Origin: Selaginella moellendorffii
Lineage: Eukaryota > Plantae > Lycopodiophyta
Assembly: GCF_000143415.4 (NCBI RefSeq)
Contig: NW_003314368.1
Location: 82,792 to 146,791, forward strand
Direction of reading: 5' to 3'
DNA length: 64,000 nt
Part shown: positions 23,071-32,025 of the stretch, one piece after another
Layout: every line of letters starts with the position of its first letter
Position numbering within the stretch: position 1 is the first letter of the stretch
Notes under the pieces: model-generated
The model's database searches: none
What the model was told of the DNA's origin: nothing
What the model saw: the letters and a program-made list of their open reading frames with translations, nothing else
Made by a program: the position numbers and the translations under genes

Positions 23071-25477
23071 ACGCGATTGTGGTCAACAAGCTTTTGAGCT
23101 CTTTTTTGTTCACCTGGAAGTACAAAGTATACGTTAGCCAAGAGCTCAGTAGAAATTCTTTGTTTTAAGTTGCTTGACCTTGCCCATTGCATTGCGGGGA
23201 AGTGATTCCCATACGTGTAGCCTCTGAGGGATCTGAAAGGAAGAATAATTTAAAGAAAACAAGCAAACTCTCTTGGGATATTACCTTGTATGGGGCCATT
23301 CTTTTCAATGCCCAGTCTCGGAGTTGAGGCAGCGTCATCTTCACATCGCTTTGGTTCTCCGTGTCTAGAATCACGACCGCGGCTATCACCTCGCCGTAAT
23401 CCTTGTCTGGAATCCCCAGCACAGCACACTCCGATATATCTGGGTGCTGTTACGTAACACATATATAATAAAACGGTAACAACACACAACACAAATACCT
23501 CTAGTAGCATAGATTCGATTTCCAATGCTGAGAGCTTGTATCCTCCTGACTTGAGTATATCCACGCTTGTTCCTTCATTCACAATGTAAAAAACGAGAAG
23601 AAATAAGTTAATAACAGCTAAGCTTACTCCCAAGGATTCGAATGTAGCCATCACTCTCTTGCTTGACAAAATCTCCTGTTTTGAAAAATCCATCCTCATC
23701 AAATGCTTCCTGTGTGACCTGGGCGAAAAGGCCATTGTTGTTTGCTACATACATATAGGAGCATACCGTAGGTTGATTCCAATATCCACTGAACATGGAT
23801 GGACTCTTAACACACAGCTCCCCAGTGCCAGGCTCGGACTCAGCACTTTCTGGCTCAATCTTCACCTGATAAAATCCGTAAGAAGCTGCAAGGAACTGAG
23901 TATGTACTAACCACTACACCTGGCAAGGGCACTCCAACACTACCAGGCCTGCGTTCTCCATCAAGAGGATTTGACAGTCCCATTCCAAACTGCATCACTC
24001 AAATTTGATTATCGAAGGACAAATTCCATAGCCATTGCGTACCTCAGTCATTCCGTAACGTTCCAAAAGCCGATGGCCTGTTACTTTCTCCCAATGTATA
24101 AAGACTGGCAGCGGAAGAGCGGAAGATCCACACATCTAGCCATATCATCATGAAAGAACGATCGATACAGAAATAAAAATAGCTATTGTGTTACCATAAG
24201 ACGCAAACGACGCGCTGCGGAAGCAGCGGCCTCTCGTGACGCAGCGTTCATTGATTCGTAACCTTGCAACAATCTTACGTACATGGTTGGAACCTGAAAA
24301 GAAAGAAAAATCAGAATACAGAACCTTTTATGACACGTTTCTTACTCCCGTGAAACAAGTGATAGGATTTTCAGCTTGTGAGTTTTTACTCGGATAAGAT
24401 TCACGCCAGCACTGCCATACTCCAGTCACACTGAACTTTGGAATGAAATGGACCTGGGCGCAAAAAGAAATTACTACCTTACAAGTAAAAGCCAACGTTA
24501 CCGAAGAGCCAGCATAAAGAGGTGCAAGCAGTGCGTTGAAAAGGCCATGAACATGTAGCTACACTGTCAAGGTAAACATTCCAGCAAAAAACAAATGGAA
24601 GGAATGTAAGGATATGGTGCAAAGGTAAACAGTGAAGGAACCGATCAGACGGCTTATATTGCCATGCACTAGAGAGCATAGCAACCTGTTTGCATGAAAA
24701 TGCGTTAAAGCTTTGTCACATGAACGTGGAGATAAGTTATACCTGCGCAGCCAATGCACCTTGCGAATGAACAGCTCCCTTCGGCCTACCAGTAGTGCCA
24801 CTAGTGTAAATTATCAGTCCTAGCTCCTCATCTGCAAGAAAATTGAGACTGTGCCAAGAGCAAAACCAAGAATGTAATACCTTTGACATGCGACAAGGAC
24901 AAAACTTCGTCCAAGATTTGATCGTATCCTTCACTTCCGTCGGCACCTTCTTCGAGTGAAGGGATTGAAGGCAGGATAAAAAGACGAGCAGCAGCTTTCT
25001 GAGAAACACCTTCAACCAGGCTTTTGTGATCATCTGTAGAGATGACCAGTGTTATATTCTGGAATGGAAAAGCGTAAAGACACAGATTTTCAAACACTTG
25101 CAGAGCTTACCGCATCAGTGAAAACATGGTGGAGTTCGCTCTCTGGGTGACTCAATGCCAAAGGCACAGCGACCCCACCGCTCAACCACGTTCCCCAAAT
25201 CCCCACTACAAATTCGGCAGAGGGAGCTGCCACGATTCCAACGCGAGCACCTTGTAAAGCCTTATTCTATACAGAAAACCATTTACAACTCCACCATCAG
25301 AATCAAAAGACATCATACCTTGTGCTCTAGGCCATCACGGTCGTCTCGCAGCTTTGTCGAGAGCTCCCATGCAGACCGCAGGAGCTGGGCATAGCTGTGA
25401 GTCCTGTTTCCGGAGGTTACAGCTGCAATTTTGTGTGCTCCAGATCCAAGCTTTACGGCTGCTCTTATTACTTCCAT
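23057..25477 (-). CDS. AAE13: Malonate-CoA ligase (AAE13); many exons
   Basis: [71 protein letters not shown]|VNKKEL. Includes an AT-AC intron. Confidence 0.9.
24555..24615 (-). other. U12-type AT-AC intron in AAE13
   Basis: 5' ATATCCTT, branch point tttaccttgac, 3' tac. Removal restores C|AT = His in LPLHHVHG. Confidence 0.88.
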
Positions 25478-25859
25478 CGCCTGTCTGATCGGTAAAACGA
25501 TGATTCCAAGTCAGTGAAAAGCAACAAGAAACAAAGGACACGCATACCCTCGAATCTAGAGTGAAGAAGATGCAAATGGGTAGCGCCTATCAATTGAATT
25601 CCTGTGAACACCTGGAATGCATGGCGGCTGTCGACTAATGCGAATCGAACACGAAGTCAAAGACAATCCAAAGCAAAATACATTTCAAAAGGAAAGCCAA
25701 CACCAAGCTGGATGGAAATATCTGGACCGAAAACAAGCACAACCCAACCTCAACCTAGATTCTGTTCTCTTGTCTCTCTCAGTTCACTGCAAAACATTGA
25801 GAAACTTAGAGCGAAAAAGCTACAAACAAAACGAAAAGAAAGCTTACCACTGAGAAGTA

Positions 25860-26402
25860 TCAAGCGACATCAATGGAGGAACTCATCTCCCTCAGAGAGT
25901 TGCCTTGCTTGTTCTCCGGAAGCCTCACCACCACAACCGCGCAATCGCAGTGATGGACACAGTAGTCACTGACGCTCCCGAGCCTGGCCCTGCGGGTCCG
26001 CCTCTCAGCACCAATCCCTCGGCTTCCCATGATCATCACGTCCACGCCGAGTCTCTCCACTTCCAGGCAGATCCTCTCCTTCATGTCGTGGTCCTTGACG
26101 ATGTGAATCCTGAAAGGAATGTTGGCCTCCTCGAGTGGCTTGGCGAGCTCGGTGCTCTTGGCCGAAGTGAAGGCCTCCATGTCCTCCTCCATTTTTTGCT
26201 GGACTGACGCATCGGGTCCAGCGGTAGTGTCTGCCGGTCCCCAGTCGGCTCCATAGAGAACGCTCGTTGGCTGGACGTGAAGAACGATGACACTGTCACC
26301 TTGTCGAAGGTAGTGAGCGACGGCCCATTTCACTGCGTACGCACTCTCGGCGCTCAAGTCCACGGCTATGGCGATTTTTCGCTCTCCTGGTGTTGTTAGC
26401 AT
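25860..26402 (-). CDS. Universal stress protein (PHOS32/PHOS34-like)
   Basis: RKIAIAVDLSAESAYAVKWA, HIVKDHDMKERICLEVERLG, MGSRG, LGSVSDYCVHHC. 5'UTR intron about 26404-26786. Confidence 0.92.
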   Translation of the reverse strand: MLTTPGERKIAIAVDLSAESAYAVKWAVAHYLRQGDSVIVLHVQPTSVLYGADWGPADTTAGPDASVQQKMEEDMEAFTSAKSTELAKPLEEANIPFRIHIVKDHDMKERICLEVERLGVDVMIMGSRGIGAERRTRRARLGSVSDYCVHHCDCAVVVVRLPENKQGNSLREMSSSIDVA

Positions 26403-26950
26403 CCTATCACAGGAAGAAATCAATCAGCTATTCTTTTCTCCTCTTGTGGAGCATTCACAGATGAAGGTATCACACACAAAACATTTTTTTCTTCAAGCGC
26501 CAAGCAAGAAACTCCATGGATCAATCGAAGGGGCTAAGAACAAAGTTTTAGTACATATTTGATGCAAGAGCTCACACCATGCAAGGCTCCCGAGCTCCAA
26601 AGAAAGAAAAATCAAGAAATCCTTGGAGCCAAGGGTGAAATACGGGCATTTCAGCTCAGGGAAGAGATCGATGGACGAAATATCGTCCGGGAGCTGGAAA
26701 CTGCCCTGACTTTTGCCCCGGATGGAAACAATCGATAAAAAATGCAATCGCCAAGAAATACCGGGCGAGAGAGAAGTAGCATACCTGATCGAGGATCGCA
26801 CTGCGCTGCTCGAAAACCTAGCTTGAGCGCAAGAGCTCAATAACGGTCAGTCGAAGAACCCTAAAAAGACACTGAAATTAGACAATGCGCTTCCATTTTA
26901 TTTACTTAGCCGCAAAAAGAATTTATCGGAGGATACAAATTTACTCTTTA

Positions 26951-27976
26951 CTAATTCTCGTAGTAGATTGTAGATGGTGGTGGTGGAGATTGGTACCAGT
27001 AGATTGGTGGCGATGGCGGGGGTGGGGATTTGTGGTGGTGGTGGGGTGGTGGCGGCGGTGGGGATTTCGGTGGTGGTGGTGATTTGTATTCGTATGGTGG
27101 TGGTGGTGGTGGAGACTCGTATTTATACGGTGGCGACGGAGGTAGAGACTGTGGTGGTGGTGGAGATTTGTACTCGTATGGAGGTGGCGAGTCCTCACAT
27201 TTTGGTGGTGGTGGAGATTTGTACTCGTACGGCGGTGGCGATTTCTCGCATTTTGGTGGTGGAGGCGGTGGAGATTTGTACTCGTACGGAGGAGGTGGTG
27301 GCGGTGGGGATTTCTCATATTTTGGCGGTGGAGGTGGCGGAGACTTCTCGCATTTTGGTGGTGGTGGTGGTGGAGACTTGGGTGGCGGAGGAGGTGGAAA
27401 CTTCTCGCATTTCGGTGGTGGTGGTGGCGGAGACTTTGGTGGCGGAGGAGGTGGAGACTTCTCGCATCTCGGTGGTGGTGGTGGTGGAGACGTGGGCGGT
27501 GGCGGAGGTGGAGATTTCTCGCATTTCGGTGGTGGTGGTGGTGGAGATTTGGGTGGCGGAGGAGGTGGGGATTTCTCGCATTTTGGTGGTGGTGGTGGTG
27601 GAGATTTGGGTGGTGGCGGAGGTGGAGATTTCTCACACTTTGGTGGAGGTGGTGGCGATTCAACAGGCGGTGGTGGAGATTTGTGATGGTGAGGAGGTGG
27701 TGGGGATTCAACTGGCGGAGGTGATTCTACCGGTGGTGGCGGGGATTTGTAGCAGTACGGAGGTGCATTAGGAGGGCACAAACGATTTGGAAACCACCAG
27801 GGCCTTCTCAGCCACGGCCTCCAACAGAAGAAATCGATCGTGCTCTTAGGAATTCCAAACCCGAAGTTCTTGGCATCTCCAAAACCTGCATTTCGATCCA
27901 AAAGCTCCTGATCACACCTGACAGTAGAAACCAGGAGAAGCAGCAAAAGCATGCTGCATGCCTTGAAGAAAATCAT
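26951..27976 (-). CDS. Extensin-like HRGP with signal peptide
   Basis: Hydrophobic N-terminus, Ser-Pro(3-7) repeats, YEYK/YKY motifs. Confidence 0.9.
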   Translation of the reverse strand: MIFFKACSMLLLLLLVSTVRCDQELLDRNAGFGDAKNFGFGIPKSTIDFFCWRPWLRRPWWFPNRLCPPNAPPYCYKSPPPPVESPPPVESPPPPHHHKSPPPPVESPPPPPKCEKSPPPPPPKSPPPPPPKCEKSPPPPPPKSPPPPPPKCEKSPPPPPPTSPPPPPPRCEKSPPPPPPKSPPPPPPKCEKFPPPPPPKSPPPPPPKCEKSPPPPPPKYEKSPPPPPPPYEYKSPPPPPPKCEKSPPPYEYKSPPPPKCEDSPPPYEYKSPPPPQSLPPSPPYKYESPPPPPPYEYKSPPPPKSPPPPPPHHHHKSPPPPSPPIYWYQSPPPPSTIYYEN

Positions 27977-28232
27977 TGCGCTCTCCAAGATCACTGGAAA
28001 GAGAGACCTTTTCTGTGATGCTACAAAAATTTCCAGCTTATAAAGCCTAGCACTGTGTCTTGGAACCCACAGCTTTCAAAATAGTAATCCTTTAGAAATC
28101 GATGGCTCTGTGCTATTTAGCGCCTGGTTATCACATTTTCGTGTAAATTTTCTCATCTCACAAATTATTTCTAATATTTACTAGGAAAGTTATTTATTCA
28201 CTAATAACAAATAACTTTAATCTTTTTTACTT

Positions 28233-29410
28233 TTATGCTTTGCTGCCTTGCAAAAGAAAAGATCGTCGCCTAGAAGAGTTCCATCGTTGAAAAGCAAGCA
28301 TAAATACCCATGTAGCGCGCGAGACCTTCTCTTTGATCATCATGAGAAAGGCGGCACTTAGAATTGTCTTAAGAACCTGTGCTTGGATTCCCTTGTAAAA
28401 TCCGAGAATTCCTTCTTGTTTCTGGATGAGAGTAAACGCGTCCACCATTCTCTTTGGCCTCGAGTACTCTTCGTCGTCTTTCTTGTCACCCGACTGGATC
28501 ATAACTTTGCACCTAAAGCCGGAAGAAATCCTGAATTGAGAACTCTTCTTTACGGAGTAACCTGAGGACTTTACCTGATTGCTGGATACGTGATGAGAGT
28601 TGCCACCGTCTTAGAGATCGCTCCCAGAAGAAACGCGTGGAATGCTGATAGAACCAGCGGCGATGATCCAGCTTTTCTCACTCTTTGCTGTAGCAATCGC
28701 GTTTTGAGTTGCTCAAAGACTGTGTACTGGCAAAACCAGAGCATTATCAAGTCGAAGCTAGGAAAACCAAGGAAGAAGAAAAATGCAAACCTGGATTGCC
28801 GGATTACATGTAAGAAAAAGAGAAGCTCCCAATCCATCGAACGATTCCTTCCAGTTCGCGGACAAAGTAGCCCAGAGTCCCTTGGATTTTCCAAAGCCGC
28901 TGGTTTGCATTCGTGAAGAAGCAGTGTCAAGAGGCTAAAACGAGAAACGAAAGATAGTTATCTTCGATCGTCAATCTCGAGCTAGGAAAACTTACTTGAG
29001 TGACGATCGAATTGCAAGCGCCGGCAGCAGCAGCGACGACGAGATTTGCTCCCAATCCCATGCTCTTGTTCTTGCTCCGCTGGAGATATAGCCGCTTCAA
29101 GTAGCTATAGCTGTAAAAATAGATGAACTGCGAGAGGAGCGATTGCAAGTTCTTGGCGCCCAGGCCCTGATACAGCGCCAGCACCCGGTTGGATGCAATG
29201 GCTTCGCGAAGAACATCCAGGAGCGACCTACAATCGCCCCCAAAATCTGAAATGGATAGTTTGTGCGATCGCTTCTTACCGATATTTGTATGAATTCCCC
29301 GCCTTGAGCTCCGCTTGATACTTGGATTTGCACGTATCGAGGGGATAGAGGATCGTCGTGGTGAAGAGGCCGCCGATCGCGCCCGCGGTGGCATCGGCAA
29401 GGGCCTCCAT
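28233..29410 (-). CDS. PNC: Peroxisomal adenine nucleotide carrier (mitochondrial carrier family)
   Basis: [80 protein letters not shown]. Confidence 0.9.
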
Positions 29411-29516
29411 TTTGCTCTAGAACCCTAAAACTTTCAAATAATAGAAGTTCCTTTAGCCCATAAGAATACGAAATGTACGAAACGGCTATGGAGGCTAGGG
29501 TTTTGAGAGGCGGCGC

Positions 29517-30667
29517 ATGGCACAGGTGGAGGAGAAGACGAAGGCGAGCGCGGCGTGGGAGGAGCTAAGGTCGAGAGATTCTTCTCTAAAGGCGAGGGCC
29601 GAGGCTGTCCTCCAGCGCGCGTATGGGCGGAAGGATTCGCCAGCAGTGAAGCCCACGAAATCGTCTTCGTCTCCACCAGTAGGGCTTGTTCTTGCAAGAT
29701 TTCGTCTAATCCTCGCAGTGTGATCTAGGGATGGATGATCAGCCTTGGAATGGTGCCCAAAAAGAAGGATGCGGCCGAAATTTCTTCCACCGATCCGCCT
29801 GAAATCGACAATGTTTCAGATGCCGATCGAGAGGATACTCGCAGGATAGCGGCTGCTGCTCTCGCGGCTACTAGATCTGGAGCGCCAGCGCCAAAGGTAT
29901 TTTCTCGATTCTCTTTCTTTCTATAGAGCCAACAGGTATCTAGATTCAATACATTCTCGTATTGTCTCTTCGTGGTTTGGCTGAGATTATCCCGGGTTTT
30001 GCGACATGGAGTGGAGCATTACCTCCACGTCCATTACTGATTTGCCTGGAAAATGTCCCTTTTTTCCTTGTTTTGCTACTAGCCAACGGTATCTTGATTC
30101 AATACAGCTTCTATGCATTGTTTCATCGAAGTTTGGCTGATAGTTTTCTCAGGTTTTGCGACATGGAGTGGAGCATTACCTCCTCTTCCATTACTGATTT
30201 TGCCTGGAAAATTGTCCTTTGTTCAGAGACTCCATTTCGGAAGATCTTTCTTAGCGCTAGTTGTGTGTTCGTGGCTTTTCAAGTACTTGGTTCGTCGATT
30301 TTGATCACCTCTCTCGCAGGTTGTTGCTGCTGCTGCTGCTACTGCTGTGCCTCCCCAGAGCGATGCAAAGTCTAGCGACGCTGGAGAGAAGCGTAAACTA
30401 TCATCCGGACTGGACAATCTGCTAGAACAAATCCAGAAGAAACCGAAAGCGAACATCCTGGACAGATCGAAGAAGGATTGGGGCGAGTTTAAAGACGAGA
30501 AGGGTCTCACGGAAGAACTTGAGGCATACAAGAAGAGCGGTGACAAGTACTTGGACAAAGTAGCGTTTTTGCAGCGAGCGGACGATAGGGAGTACGAGAA
30601 AGAGCGTGACGCGCGTTTAGAGTACCAAGCAAAGCGTAGACTAGGAGCAAGCTATCAAGACGATTAA
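29517..30667 (+). CDS. SWC5: BCNT/CFDP1-domain protein (SWR1 subunit SWC5); 3 exons
   Basis: C-terminal BCNT motif NILDRSKKDWGEFK...EELEAYKK...YLDKVAFLQRAD. Introns about 29679-29727 and 29897-30319. Confidence 0.85.
29927..30056 (+). ncRNA. Intronic box H/ACA snoRNA, copy 1 (dual 18S rRNA guide)
   Basis: Hairpin-H box (AGATTA 29984-29989)-hairpin-AAA tail. Pockets ggtatct/tcgt and ttgcgac/tact are complementary to 18S ACGA-UC-AGAUACC and AGUA-UG-GUCGCAA, with 14-16 nt spacing to the boxes. Confidence 0.8.
30081..30214 (+). ncRNA. Intronic box H/ACA snoRNA, copy 2
   Basis: Tandem paralog with near-identical guide strands and a compensatory change in the upper stem (aga/tct to tga/tca). H box is degenerate (ATAGTT). 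Confidence 0.65.
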
Positions 30668-30854
30668 AATCTCTTTAATCATGTTTATAAGTTCTCAAAT
30701 TAAGCCAAGTTTTACCAAAATGGTTAAAAGCAAAATTTCTCTAATAGGTGTTTTGCTAATAAAAACGAGAGATTGTGAGGAAAAGATGAGGAATTCTCTA
30801 TCAAAAGCTTTTTGTGTTGGGAGAGTAGGACGAGAAAAAAGAAAGACACACAAA

Positions 30855-31373
30855 ATGTTGTTGTGTATCTCTTTTATTCTTGGTTTAGCTTTAGCATCGA
30901 ATTCTTCTTCTTCTTCTTTCACTTCTAGATCGTCAGTACTAATTTCACCATCGGATGCATCTTCAGCAGCTCCGACAGCCAGTCCGAGCAATGTGTCGCA
31001 CTCCGCCACTGCCCCATCCATCGAGCAATTCGATGCCAGTGACAGCGATTTATATGATGACGACGATGATGGTCCCAAGGATCGGCTCCATAGATTCGCC
31101 AAGCACACATTCAAGCTCGCCATTGTGTGTGTATGTGGTGTGGCGTTCTTGATTCTTGTGCTCGCTTTCTTCTGGGCGATCGTGAGCATTGGCTGGAAGA
31201 GCATGTAAGTTTCAATCTATTCCACTATTGTTTCAAGTCATGCAGTCGATTTCTCTTCCAGGAAATCTGGATGCGCGAAACCATCGCAAGACGCGGAATT
31301 TGGATCAAGAAGGAGCGAAGATCTGATGGGGAGAGGTAGAAGTCATAGTCATCCATTCGACTGTAAATTCTAG
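30855..31373 (+). CDS. Small Ser-rich single-pass membrane protein, unknown function
   Basis: Signal peptide MLLCISFILGLALA, Ser/Ala/Pro-rich ectodomain, TM helix, GT-AG intron about 31205-31261. Confidence 0.55.
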
Positions 31374-31548
31374 ATTTTTTCCTCCGATCATCGGCTAAAT
31401 GATCTATTCTTTACTGTACAGTGAAAGAATAAAGAGGAATGTTCTTCCCTCGCTCGCATGGAACTTGTGATCCACTATTGTGGGAAAGGATGGTTGATTT
31501 GATCGTTTCCATTTGGCTAGGGATTGGTTTGCGCGATTGAATTCGAGA

Positions 31549-31782
31549 ATGGATCGTCTGGCTTGGATCGCGCTGGTGTTCTTGGTAGGATTTGCGATTC
31601 TGGCGACAATTCCTTGCTTTGCGCAAGAATGTGATGCTCCATGCTGTGGATACCTCCCGCAGGGCGGGAATGGATTTTGCTACGATGGCTACTGCTGTAG
31701 CGAGAGTGGATTTTGTGGAATCGGAGAGTACTACTGCGGGAATGGCTGCCAGCGAGAGTTTGGCGATTGCTACGACTTCTAG
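31549..31782 (+). CDS. Secreted hevein-like (CBM18 chitin-binding) peptide
   Basis: Signal peptide followed by CG...C...CCSxxGFCGxxxxYCGxGCQ...C. Confidence 0.85.
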   Translation: MDRLAWIALVFLVGFAILATIPCFAQECDAPCCGYLPQGGNGFCYDGYCCSESGFCGIGEYYCGNGCQREFGDCYDF

Positions 31783-32025
31783 CAAGATTTAAACGAGCGA
31801 AAAGATTCTCGAATAATCATGTACGAAAATATTTCTGGAATGTACGGTGCTGGAACTCGCGGGAATTCATCCTTCACAGGTCTCGTACGTGACGACAATG
31901 AATAAATCTCGAGCAAAGTATAAAAGTGTTCTTGTCTTTCAATCGTGACGTGTTCGTTTAATGTGAAATAATGCCGCTAGCCGAGCTAGCTAGGGTTTGG
32001 TGATGACGCTTGGAGAGGGAGAGGG

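Noticed and set aside
26941-27771. Gly-rich, Val-rich and His-rich ORFs overlapping the extensin
   Set aside because: Shadow frames of CCA/CCG proline repeats; only the extensin frame has a signal peptide and family motifs.
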